A DNA stretch of 64,000 nt from Candidatus Babeliales bacterium (GTDB taxonomy: Bacteria; Babelota; Babeliae; Babelales; JACPOV01). The stretch lies in contig JBFWNW010000002.1 in the NCBI GenBank assembly GCA_050250855.1, forward strand, positions 64,001 to 128,000. Reading direction: 5' to 3'. The notes under the pieces were generated by a model. The model did not search any database. It was not told where the DNA came from and worked only from the letters and a program-made list of their open reading frames with translations. Both the position numbers and the translations under genes were made by a program. Positions 29,834-39,544 of this stretch are shown here, piece after piece; the first letter of the stretch is position 1; each line of letters starts with the position of its first letter.

Positions 29834-30547
29834 TTATTTTTTTCTTCGTTCAAAAAACAAACGACAAAATGTTTTAGCTGCTTCTTTCATAATTGCTACT
29901 GAAAGCTTTGAATCGCCATGAATTCTATTACGTGCATGAATCGGAATTTCTGTTATACGCAAACCATCCTCTTTAAAGCGATACAGTGATTCAATGCAGA
30001 AAGAAAATCCTTTTGAACTTACTTTTTTATAGACATGAGGCTTTAATTTTTGTACAGAATATAAACGGTAAGCACCGGTACAATCGTACGGCATACCAAG
30101 GCCTCGTTTAATTAAATTTCGCCAAAAGTAAGTAAATGGTAAACGAATTCTTCCCCAACCGCTCATGCCACCGCCATGAATATAGCGTGAACCAATAACG
30201 ACATCATGAACATCTCTTTTTTCAAAAAGAGCAGGAATATAACGCGGATCGTGCGTAAGATCTGCATCCATCGTAATTAAAAATTTATAATTATGTTTTT
30301 GCGCATATTCAAATGCCTGCACGTGAGCCGTTCCTAAACCAAGCTTTGCAGGGCGATGCATAACATGCACAGAAGGATCTTTTTTACTTAAATCATCAAG
30401 AACTTTTCCGGTGCCATCTGGAGAATTATCATCACAAAAAAGAATATCAACATCTTCTTTGTGCTTCTTTATTTCTTCATACAAAATTAAAACATTGTCA
30501 CGTTCATTATAGGTGGGAACAAAAACTAAAACTTCATTTTTTTGCAT
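29834..30547 (-). CDS. Polyprenol-phosphate mannosyltransferase (DPM1-like GT2)
   Basis: PTYNERDN, DDNSPDGT, KLGLGTA, MDADLTH, VIGSRY, DCTGAYRLY. Confidence 0.85.
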   Translation of the reverse strand: MQKNEVLVFVPTYNERDNVLILYEEIKKHKEDVDILFCDDNSPDGTGKVLDDLSKKDPSVHVMHRPAKLGLGTAHVQAFEYAQKHNYKFLITMDADLTHDPRYIPALFEKRDVHDVVIGSRYIHGGGMSGWGRIRLPFTYFWRNLIKRGLGMPYDCTGAYRLYSVQKLKPHVYKKVSSKGFSFCIESLYRFKEDGLRITEIPIHARNRIHGDSKLSVAIMKEAAKTFCRLFFERRKK

Positions 30548-30556
30548 AGTATAAAC

Positions 30557-31909
30557 CTAGTGAATCAATTGGTACGTAATAATAGTATTTTCTTTCTTTG
30601 CACAACGATATGCAACAACCATACCAAAAGCAGAAAAAAGGATAAAGAAGTATTCAAACATCATCCGATAGCGCGCACATCCGTCATGTCCTGTTATAAA
30701 GGAAAAATAAAAAATTGAAATAATGACAAAGCTAACTATAAAATAATATTTTTTATGCCATAGAGCATAAAGGCCGATCATGATAAAAAATAGTTGCAAT
30801 ACCATCCAGAGTAATTGTAAAAATGCAATAATATGTATTAAACGCGATGAAGTGCCATCAACTACATAATGGTAAAAACGATTATATAAAGAGCCTGACT
30901 TTGAAAAAAATGATGTTTCCGTACCTTTTAACGATGGATTTACTAAAAATTTAAGTTGATTCGTATACAAAGCACCTACCGTCTTTATCATGTTATGCAA
31001 CCAAATACGTACAACTAATACTGGTTTTTCATAAAAATAAGAATGCATCAATGCTTTTGGTTTATTCCAACGCGTATGATCATTATGATGTTTACCATCC
31101 ATTAACGTACCGACCTGAACTAATCCTTCTGCCCATGAGATACCTTGGTCATGTGCTATAACTTTTGCCAAAAAATAAAAATAAATATTTTCATGCATTA
31201 AAGGGGCAATTGTCATAGAACCAAATTGATACTTATTGTGTAGCATATAACCAGCAACAGGAATATAAAAACAAAACAAGCACAGTAAAATGGCATTCAA
31301 TACTTTTTGTCTCTGTAAATAAGCATGTAGCCCGACAAAAAAGATTACTATGAAAATATAAAAAAGCGCTACCGGTTTTACCGCAACTGAACAACCATAC
31401 AATAAGCCTGCTAGGGCTAAAGAAGATAAGCTAGACGTTTTAAAATACGTACATAAACGCTCAAGAGAAGCTATCAAGAAAAATGCTAAAAGCACTTCTG
31501 TGAGCATAAATTGACTGTATATTAAAAAACCAAGATTAAAAGATCCTAACAAAACAGTTACTTGTGCAACATGTTCATCAAAAAGCATGTATGCTATGCG
31601 ATAGAGCAACAATAACGCTAAAAGGCTTAGCAAGATTTGTGCAATAATGACCCATGTGTGATGAAAACCAAATAACTTATAAATACTACCTAGAAAAAAT
31701 GGGTACCCTAATGTTTGAACGGGAATAATGGATCCTCGTTGAGGATCCATTAATTGATTATCTGTTGCAAAATAGTTGCCTATTGCCACATATCCTGATG
31801 AATCAAGATCACAATGAGCTTCATAGGCAGGATTTATCCTATACAAACTGTAGGATAATAAACAAAAAATAACTATCGAACAGAGTAAAACTATTTTTGT
31901 ACTATTCAT
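30557..31909 (-). CDS. ArnT/PMT-like (GT-C) integral membrane glycosyltransferase
   Basis: Many TM segments; DSSGY, GYPFFL, LTEVL, VKP, ARYRM. Confidence 0.75.
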   Translation of the reverse strand: MNSTKIVLLCSIVIFCLLSYSLYRINPAYEAHCDLDSSGYVAIGNYFATDNQLMDPQRGSIIPVQTLGYPFFLGSIYKLFGFHHTWVIIAQILLSLLALLLLYRIAYMLFDEHVAQVTVLLGSFNLGFLIYSQFMLTEVLLAFFLIASLERLCTYFKTSSLSSLALAGLLYGCSVAVKPVALFYIFIVIFFVGLHAYLQRQKVLNAILLCLFCFYIPVAGYMLHNKYQFGSMTIAPLMHENIYFYFLAKVIAHDQGISWAEGLVQVGTLMDGKHHNDHTRWNKPKALMHSYFYEKPVLVVRIWLHNMIKTVGALYTNQLKFLVNPSLKGTETSFFSKSGSLYNRFYHYVVDGTSSRLIHIIAFLQLLWMVLQLFFIMIGLYALWHKKYYFIVSFVIISIFYFSFITGHDGCARYRMMFEYFFILFSAFGMVVAYRCAKKENTIITYQLIH

Positions 31910-34083
31910 TGATTGATTTCTTGATTACCTCCTCCTTGGCAGGCAAGCTTATCAACAATCAGCGTTATTTCTGCTACGCGCATTAAACGTTCTATGCTAA
32001 TTGGCGCTTTATAATCATTGTGCATAGCGCCAAAAAAATCCTTAAGCAACTGCTCATGACCTTTATCAGGAACCATTACTTTTTCATTAAATGATGATGG
32101 TAATCCAAAACCTTGCAAGACTTTATAATCGTCCATCAAAATTGATTTAGAATCATAAAAGACTTCCATACGCTCTTTTCCTAGATCGCCATGACCTAAT
32201 GACGTATACAATAAAGAACAAATTGAACCATCTGCAAAGCTAAATTGAACGGAAAAATTATCCGTTGGAAAAAGATCATCATGTTTTGGTTTTAGTGATT
32301 CTACTGATAATGCTACTGGATAGGAATCTGTTAAATGAACAAAAAGATCAAAAATATGACACGCCTCACCTATAATTCTGCCAGCACCAACTTCAGTTTG
32401 AATCCAATGATTTTTAGGGATAAAACCAGCATTCATTCGATAATGTACAACAAGTGGTGATGAACGCTTTGCTACTTCTTTTTTTATTTTCTGCACAAAA
32501 GGAGCAAAGGAACGATTATAATCAACACAGAATGGCAATGAAGAATTTTTCTCAAAAAACGCTTTCATTTCGTGTAGTTGATCAAAATCAGTAACCATAG
32601 GTTTTTCTAAGAATACCGCTTTGCCATGTTGCAATGCAGCAAGAGCTTGCTTGCTATGGTATTTGTGAGGAGATGCAATTAATACTGCATCAACTAAATC
32701 TTCATCAAAAAGTTTGCTATCATCAGATAATGCTTTTGCTGCACCATATGTTTTTGAAACAGTAATTGAATTTGCCATATTGGCATCAACAACGGCATTA
32801 ATTTTTACATTTTTGATACGAGAAATTATAGGCATAAGCTTCACTTTTGCAAAGCCACCAGCACCAACAACCCCGACACGTAAACGATCTTTAAATGCTG
32901 GAACAAATCTTATTTCTTCTAATGGTACGGATTCTTTTTGAACCGCCTCTTCTTGATGAGGCGCAAGCTCATGTTCTTCAGTACGATAAGAAAGAACTAC
33001 CGCCAAAACGTCTTGCGATTTTAAAGAATCATATGCCTTTTCTGCTTGATCAAGAGAGGCTTCTTGTGAAATTAAACTATCAACATCAAGCTTTTTACGT
33101 TCAATAAGATCAACAATTGATTCCATATTGCGATTTTCTGTCCAACGCACGTAGGCATAAGGATAATCTAAACCATTTTGCTCATACGATGCATCGTAAC
33201 GGCCAGGACCATATGAACATGAAATAAGAAAATCAATCTCTTTTTGATAAAATGGTGAACGATCAAAGGTAAGCGGAACATCACCAACTAAGACAACACG
33301 CCCTTTTTTGCGCGTAATTTCCATAGATTGTTGAATTATTCCTTTATGCGATGATCCTGCGGTAATAATAGTACAGTCAACGCCCTGATGAGCAGTTACA
33401 AATTCTATTTCTTTTTTTATATCAACTTCTGCAGGATTCAACACGGTATCAGCACCTAGTTTAAGCGCTAAATCAAGGCGATTTTTTAATAAATCTAATG
33501 CAATAACTTTGCAACCAGAAATCTTTGCCAATTGCACCGTAAATTGCCCAAGTAGACCTAAACCAAGAACGCACACGGTATCACCCAGTTTAACATCGGC
33601 ACGACGTAAACCTTGTAATGCAATTGCACCTAACGTTGTAGTACTTGCTTGGCGCAAATATTCTTCGCTGCTTACTTTAGTAACAAGATTTTCTGGCACA
33701 ATGACCATTTCAGCATGATGAGCAAAACCTGCGCCAGCACAAGCAACAAAATCTCCTGCTCTGTATTTTTTTATATTTTTGCCTACAGCAATAACTTTTC
33801 CAGAACATGAGTATCCTAGTGCTTGCAAATTGCCGGCAAGTTTTTCGCGAATAAGTGCTTTTGTTCCTTCTATCCCATTTTTTGCAATAGAAAGAAGAAC
33901 TTTAGGCAACTTTAACGGAATATTGCTAAAAACACTTTGTTGAGCATTTGCAATAGTAGAACCTTCTGTTCCTGGACTAATACAAGAGTAATAAACTTCA
34001 ACAAGAACACTATTATCATCAAGAATAGGTTCGCATACATCTTTTACTGCTATAATACCTTTTTCTAGAAACAGTTGTCTCAT
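31906..34083 (-). CDS. Bi-domain oxidoreductase (Zn-ADH fold + Gfo/Idh/MocA)
   Basis: ISPGTE, LGYSCSG, GLGLLG, SYGPGRYD, YVRWTENRNM, GAGGFA, EKPM, GEACHIFD. Confidence 0.88.
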   Translation of the reverse strand: MRQLFLEKGIIAVKDVCEPILDDNSVLVEVYYSCISPGTEGSTIANAQQSVFSNIPLKLPKVLLSIAKNGIEGTKALIREKLAGNLQALGYSCSGKVIAVGKNIKKYRAGDFVACAGAGFAHHAEMVIVPENLVTKVSSEEYLRQASTTTLGAIALQGLRRADVKLGDTVCVLGLGLLGQFTVQLAKISGCKVIALDLLKNRLDLALKLGADTVLNPAEVDIKKEIEFVTAHQGVDCTIITAGSSHKGIIQQSMEITRKKGRVVLVGDVPLTFDRSPFYQKEIDFLISCSYGPGRYDASYEQNGLDYPYAYVRWTENRNMESIVDLIERKKLDVDSLISQEASLDQAEKAYDSLKSQDVLAVVLSYRTEEHELAPHQEEAVQKESVPLEEIRFVPAFKDRLRVGVVGAGGFAKVKLMPIISRIKNVKINAVVDANMANSITVSKTYGAAKALSDDSKLFDEDLVDAVLIASPHKYHSKQALAALQHGKAVFLEKPMVTDFDQLHEMKAFFEKNSSLPFCVDYNRSFAPFVQKIKKEVAKRSSPLVVHYRMNAGFIPKNHWIQTEVGAGRIIGEACHIFDLFVHLTDSYPVALSVESLKPKHDDLFPTDNFSVQFSFADGSICSLLYTSLGHGDLGKERMEVFYDSKSILMDDYKVLQGFGLPSSFNEKVMVPDKGHEQLLKDFFGAMHNDYKAPISIERLMRVAEITLIVDKLACQGGGNQEINQ

Positions 34084-35409
34084 TTAAATTTCTCCTTGCA
34101 TATGATCTATAATTGAGCGAATTGCTGCATTACTTGCAGGCCAAAATAGTTTTTCTTGTGTATCTTGTTCCTTGTGAGGCTCATAAAAAATACCACAAAA
34201 ATCCAAAATCTTTTTATGCTGTATATCAAGTGCATCTATTTTTTTAAATGCTGTATGTTTTACAAGACATAAGATAATATCAGCCTGTTCGATGCCTTTT
34301 TGTAATGAAACACCATCGTGACCAAAAATTTCTACAATATTCTCATTGTGAATGTATGGATCACAAATCAGTAAATTCATATCAGTAAAAATTGAAAGTT
34401 TTTTTGCTATTTCTAATGCTGGTGATTCGCGTAAATCATCAATATCTGGCTTATAGGTGAGGCCTAAAATAAGTACGTTAGCTACTTTTTGATGCGCTTG
34501 ACGCCAACGCTCAATACAGTAACGTGTTGCTTGAACAACCTGTCTTGGCTTTGCACTATTAACATCACGAGCCATTTTTAAAAGTTTTGTTTCTTCAGGA
34601 AATGTTTGCACTAAAAACCAAGGATCAACTGCTATGCAATGCCCACCAACACCGCATGAAGGATTTAAAATATTAACGCGTGGATGTTTATTTGCTAATT
34701 CAATAACTTCAAAAGGATTTAAACCTATTTTATACGCCATTGCAGCAACTTGGTTTGCAAAGGCAATTTCAACATCACGAGAGCTATTTTCAACTAGCTT
34801 TACCATTTCTGCTGTTGTTGCATTAGTAAGATATAATGCTCCCTTTACAAATGCTTTATAAAATAGTTTTGCTTGCTCAACTGATTCTTGGTTTATACCG
34901 CCAATAATGCGAGCATTGTGTACAAGCTCATGAAAAATCTTGCCTGGCAACACGCGCTCTGGACAATGTGCAACAAAAAAGTCTACGCCTGCCTTTAAGG
35001 GGGTAAGCATTTCTAATCGCTCACCAAGCTTATCAGTAGCTCGGACCGGCACAGTAGATTCTAAAATAACAACGTCACCCTTTTTGAGTACCGTAGCTAT
35101 TGAAGCTGCAGCATGCCAAATATAAGAAAGGTCTGCTTCTTTATTTTCTAAAAATGGCGTTGGTACTGCTATAACAAAAAAGTCAGCCGCTTCTATAGCT
35201 TGTATAGCACGGAAATTACCGGAAGAAAGAGCTTCTCGCAATTTCTCCGAAAGCTCTGGCTCTTCTATGACAGGGTCAAAATTATTAATACGTTCAACTT
35301 TTTTTTGATCTATGTCAAAACCAACAACATCAAAATCTGCATTTGCTGCAACAATAGCTGTTGGAAGACCTATATAACCAAGACCAACTACACATACCTT
35401 TTTTTTCAT
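34084..35409 (-). CDS. wecC: UDP-N-acetyl-D-mannosamine dehydrogenase
   Basis: GLGYIGLP, VPTP, ESTVP, CPERVLPG, GVGGHCIAVDPWF, DLRESP. Confidence 0.88.
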   Translation of the reverse strand: MKKKVCVVGLGYIGLPTAIVAANADFDVVGFDIDQKKVERINNFDPVIEEPELSEKLREALSSGNFRAIQAIEAADFFVIAVPTPFLENKEADLSYIWHAAASIATVLKKGDVVILESTVPVRATDKLGERLEMLTPLKAGVDFFVAHCPERVLPGKIFHELVHNARIIGGINQESVEQAKLFYKAFVKGALYLTNATTAEMVKLVENSSRDVEIAFANQVAAMAYKIGLNPFEVIELANKHPRVNILNPSCGVGGHCIAVDPWFLVQTFPEETKLLKMARDVNSAKPRQVVQATRYCIERWRQAHQKVANVLILGLTYKPDIDDLRESPALEIAKKLSIFTDMNLLICDPYIHNENIVEIFGHDGVSLQKGIEQADIILCLVKHTAFKKIDALDIQHKKILDFCGIFYEPHKEQDTQEKLFWPASNAAIRSIIDHMQGEI

Positions 35410-35424
35410 AGGAAAAGTTCCTCT

Positions 35425-36609
35425 CTATTTTACTACTAATGTAGGCTTAATTTTTTTGTGATCAAGAACATTAGAATTATCGTGCATAAAAAAATTCTTA
35501 ATACCTTGTACCATTTTTTCTGCTGCATAACCATCACCAAAGATAGTACGTTTTTTTGGCTCACTTAACAAGATGGTATCAGCTATTTGTTGTAACATAT
35601 CAGTAATATTCTTTTCATCCGTCCCTACTAAATGTGCAACACCTTCCCACACTGCCTCCATGCGCTCTGTTTCGTTGCGCAAAATTAAGGTAGGCTTTCC
35701 TAAACTTGCTGCCTCTTCGCAGATGCCGCCGGAATCTGATGCTACAATATCGGCCTGTAAAAGAATGTATACTAAATCTTTATACGCTACTGGCTTACAC
35801 ATAAAAATATTTGAAGTGCCATCAAGACCAACCGACTGAATAGCTTGCAATACGTTTGGATTTGGATGATAAGGATAAATAAAAAATGTATCAGGATTTT
35901 TTTGAGCATACGTTTTGATGGCAGTTAGTATTGATTTAATACCGCCATTAAAGGATTCTCTACGATGCGCTGTTACTAAAATAATTTTTTTACCGTGTTT
36001 TTTATTCTCTTCTATAACTGCTTTAAGAGTAGCATCAATAAGAACTACTTCTTGTTTAATTTTTTCTTCCATAATACGCAAGGCATCAACAACGGTATTT
36101 CCTGTGCATAACACTCTTTGTCTTTCAATATTTTCTGATAAAAGATTTGCTGCTGCCGTTGCTGTTGGTGCAAAATGAAGCTGTGCGACCATAGAAATAA
36201 AACGTCGATTCATTTCCTCAGGAAAAGGTAAATCTATTGTTGGGGTACGCAATCCTGCTTCAACGTGAGCAAGGGGGATTCTTAGGTAAAATGCAGCAAG
36301 AGCTGCTGTCATTGCCGTGGTTGTATCTCCTTGCACAATAACAAGAGAGGGCTCAACTGACACAAATATTTCTTTAATTTTTTCCAAAACTTTTTGCGTA
36401 ATATGGAAAAGGTCTTGTCCTGGCACCATACAATGCAGTTCAAAATCTGGCTTAATTGAAAAAAGATCAAAAGCTTCTTGCAATAAATTGTTATGTTGAT
36501 TTGTTGAACATATTAAAACAGGCAACTTTGCTCGTTTAAGAGCATAGTAAAGAGGTATCATTTTAATACCTTCTGGCCTCGTTCCAATAACAAGAATAAT
36601 TGGTTTCAT
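35425..36609 (-). CDS. wecB: UDP-N-acetylglucosamine 2-epimerase
   Basis: GTRPEGIK, VQGDT, HVEAGLR, PFPEEMNR, TAHRRE, SDSGG, TERME. Confidence 0.93.
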   Translation of the reverse strand: MKPIILVIGTRPEGIKMIPLYYALKRAKLPVLICSTNQHNNLLQEAFDLFSIKPDFELHCMVPGQDLFHITQKVLEKIKEIFVSVEPSLVIVQGDTTTAMTAALAAFYLRIPLAHVEAGLRTPTIDLPFPEEMNRRFISMVAQLHFAPTATAAANLLSENIERQRVLCTGNTVVDALRIMEEKIKQEVVLIDATLKAVIEENKKHGKKIILVTAHRRESFNGGIKSILTAIKTYAQKNPDTFFIYPYHPNPNVLQAIQSVGLDGTSNIFMCKPVAYKDLVYILLQADIVASDSGGICEEAASLGKPTLILRNETERMEAVWEGVAHLVGTDEKNITDMLQQIADTILLSEPKKRTIFGDGYAAEKMVQGIKNFFMHDNSNVLDHKKIKPTLVVK

Positions 36610-36740
36610 ATAATAATTTTACGTTTATAAAAACTATATCAAATACATCTGCAAACATACCATAATCGTACTACATAGCAAGATTTGAAATATGAAAATT
36701 AGTTGATAAACTGATAGTTTGTATAAAAATAGGGAGTATC

Positions 36741-38222
36741 ATGAATACAACATTTTCACATTTTAATCGTCCATATTCTTGGAAAAATTTAAGCTTTCTT
36801 TTTATTGCAGCATTCATACTACGAGCTCTTTTTTTCTTTTTTTATGTACAACATGAAGAGCGTTATCGTCAAGCAGATTCTATGGATTATCATGCATGCG
36901 CAGTAAGCCTTGGCGCTGGATTTGGCTTAGTACATCCACAACATAGAAAGCCTATTTTTTGGCGCGTTCCAGGTTATCCTTATTATCTATCAAAATTTTA
37001 TACATCATATGGACTAAAGGATCCTCGCTTTGAAGGAAACCGTGAAGCACAAAAAGCATCAATTTGGTTTCAAATCTTTTTATGCTCCTTTACTCCTATT
37101 CTTACTTTTTTTCTTGCGCTCTTTTTAACAGGATCATTAGCTCTTGCATGGATTACCGGCTGGATTTTTGTATTTCATGTAGGATTCATTCTGGCAAGTA
37201 CCTATCTGCTTACAGATGGCCTTGCTACACTATTTTTTTTAATGTTTTTAATACTTTTTTATCTTTGTTTTAATTTTATAGGAGAACAGCGACACTTATC
37301 TGCCAATAAATATCTTTATTGCATTGGCGCTGCATTAACTCTTTCTGCTTATACGTGGATGAGACCAAATGGTGAATTTATTGCACTTCTTGCTCTTATA
37401 ATTTTTGCCCTTGCTGCTGGCACATGGAGAAAAAAAGTTGTTATGATGATACTCTTTTTTTCTGTATTTTTTTCAAGCATTAGCCCATGGTATTTTAGAA
37501 ATTACCGCCTTACTGAAAAATGGTTTTTCTGTCCCATGTCTGGACCTTATCATTTAGCATTTACTGCCCCAAAAATATTACGCAGAGTAACAAAACAACC
37601 CCTTGATATCTGTTTGAAATACCTTTTTTATCAAACTAAACAGGAATTAGACCGCCAAGAAAAAGAATTAAAAATTACTTCGCCCCATCTTTATGTACCG
37701 CAAGAATTAGTATGCGGTTCCATTGCGCGCCAGTGGCTAACAAAATATCCTCATTATCTTGCTTGTGATTGGGCTCGAGAAGTTTCCAAGGCAACGTTTG
37801 ATTTGTATTCAAGTCAACTTGTTGCCTTTGCAAATAATAGTTATACCTATGATCCCATTGAAGAATTTTTAACGGAAAAACTAAAAAATTGCATCTATAA
37901 ACAAGCTATGCCTTGGTGGATGCGACTAGTCTGCTGGCTTGAATTAATCTTTTCTCTTTGCGTCTGGTTTGGCTTATTTGGTGGCCTTATTTATTATGTT
38001 ATTCTTCCTTTATTCTATCTTATAAGAAAAAAACAACCTCTTCATGCTGTATCTTTACTCTGGATTAAAACAGGACTCATGATAGGGGGATTATTGTTTA
38101 TGACAGGAGGATTTGGTTATGCGCGCCTTCGTATGCCACCTGAAGCGCTCATGATCATTCTTTCGCTAACATTTTGGTATTGGTTTTTAGAAAAAAAACA
38201 TCTTGAGGAGCTTACTCAATGA
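36741..38222 (+). CDS. ArnT/PMT-like (GT-C) integral membrane glycosyltransferase
   Basis: Multi-TM; DSMDY, PGYP, LLTD, MRP, YFRNY, ARLRM; similar layout to 30557-31909. Confidence 0.65.
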   Translation: MNTTFSHFNRPYSWKNLSFLFIAAFILRALFFFFYVQHEERYRQADSMDYHACAVSLGAGFGLVHPQHRKPIFWRVPGYPYYLSKFYTSYGLKDPRFEGNREAQKASIWFQIFLCSFTPILTFFLALFLTGSLALAWITGWIFVFHVGFILASTYLLTDGLATLFFLMFLILFYLCFNFIGEQRHLSANKYLYCIGAALTLSAYTWMRPNGEFIALLALIIFALAAGTWRKKVVMMILFFSVFFSSISPWYFRNYRLTEKWFFCPMSGPYHLAFTAPKILRRVTKQPLDICLKYLFYQTKQELDRQEKELKITSPHLYVPQELVCGSIARQWLTKYPHYLACDWAREVSKATFDLYSSQLVAFANNSYTYDPIEEFLTEKLKNCIYKQAMPWWMRLVCWLELIFSLCVWFGLFGGLIYYVILPLFYLIRKKQPLHAVSLLWIKTGLMIGGLLFMTGGFGYARLRMPPEALMIILSLTFWYWFLEKKHLEELTQ

Positions 38223-38737
38223 AACATCTTTATGCTCCATGGCGAAAAAAATACGTAGAAGATATTGTTCATGGTAAAAAAGAAAAAACAGAAGAAGGCG
38301 AATGCCCTTTTTGCTTAAAAATTTTATCCCATGAAGATGAAAAAAATTTTATTTTAGCGCGTTTTAAATATTTCACTATAATGCTTAATCTTTATCCTTA
38401 TAACGCTGGCCATATTTTAATTGTATCTAATGACCATAAAAATTGCTTAAAAAATATATCAGCCCAAGCGCGCCATGAACTCATGGAGCTTACCAATGAA
38501 TCGATCAACATTTTAACTGACGTTTTAAAAGCAGAGGGCATTAACGTTGGGCTTAATATTGGCAAAGCAAGTGGCGCTGGCATTCCTGCACATTTGCATC
38601 AACACGTATTGCCGCGCTGGGTTGGCGATACTAACTTTTTACCACTCCTTGCTCATACTAAGCAAATTTCAGTGGACCTTGAAGAGCTTTTCCTTAAGCT
38701 AAAACCTTATTTTGAAAAGCTCACTGCTCACCACTAG
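38219..38737 (+). CDS. HIT family hydrolase (Ap4A phosphorylase-like)
   Basis: LYAPWR, CPFC, NLYPYNAGH, GAGIPAHLHQHVLPRW.GDTNF. Confidence 0.9.
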   Translation: MKHLYAPWRKKYVEDIVHGKKEKTEEGECPFCLKILSHEDEKNFILARFKYFTIMLNLYPYNAGHILIVSNDHKNCLKNISAQARHELMELTNESINILTDVLKAEGINVGLNIGKASGAGIPAHLHQHVLPRWVGDTNFLPLLAHTKQISVDLEELFLKLKPYFEKLTAHH

Positions 38738-38796
38738 GCTGTTGCGTTTTGGTTATAATACATTACTTTAAGTATACATAATCTGAAAGGAAAACT

Positions 38797-39462
38797 ATGC
38801 TTAAATTAATGTCGCTGCTACTTTTATTTCAATTAGAATCACCAGAAATAACAGTAAAAAAGGCCAATCACGATAAAGTATTGGAAATCTATCTTGATAT
38901 AGCATTTAAAACTGCCTATGAAAGAGCAGTGAATTATGGATTGTGTGCTTCAAATCTTTCGCATTATATTAAAGATTCACAGGAGATTCCTTCTTTGAAG
39001 TATAATGAGAAAAGAAGCATTATAGATTCTTTACAAAATGAATCTCATCAATATCCTTTTGCTTATATAGCAGGCAAATTTAACTTGGATCATGTAAAAC
39101 TTTCCCGTCTTTATGATGTCATAACCCCCTATGAAATGGCACTGAATTTTTATCTTTATGCTGCTTATACGAAAGGGCTTTTTAGCCGAGAGTATAATCT
39201 TCTTGCAAATATATGGCATTCAAACATACACCATAAAGAAATGATATTTGAATGCTTCAGCGATAAAGAACATAAAAAGATTCAGGCTCGATGCAAAAAG
39301 ATTATTAAAAAAGATTTTCGCCAGCCACTCTACAGTGTGAAGCCAGCCCCTCACAAAAATCCGTATTGGGTTCATCCTCATTCCCCTTATATAGATCACG
39401 GGATTAACCCTCATTCATCATGGGCTAATCATTCAAATATTTATAAATATCAGCCCTTTTAG
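38797..39462 (+). CDS. Hypothetical protein
   Basis: 221-aa ORF with RBS AAGGA and a short hydrophobic N-terminus. Confidence 0.6.
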   Translation: MLKLMSLLLLFQLESPEITVKKANHDKVLEIYLDIAFKTAYERAVNYGLCASNLSHYIKDSQEIPSLKYNEKRSIIDSLQNESHQYPFAYIAGKFNLDHVKLSRLYDVITPYEMALNFYLYAAYTKGLFSREYNLLANIWHSNIHHKEMIFECFSDKEHKKIQARCKKIIKKDFRQPLYSVKPAPHKNPYWVHPHSPYIDHGINPHSSWANHSNIYKYQPF

Positions 39463-39536
39463 TATACAAAAACCCTTTTATACCAAGAGATTCTGCTGAA
39501 GCAATATTTTTCTTTTTGATCATCAATAAAAACAGC
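39425..39536 (-). pseudogene. Detached 3' fragment of the HAD gene (direct repeat of 42931-43025)
   Basis: 39441-39536 matches 42931-43025 with 7 substitutions and one 1-nt indel; encodes NIASAESLGIKGFLYTKRADIYK. Confidence 0.85.
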
Positions 39537-39544
39537 GCGAAAGA

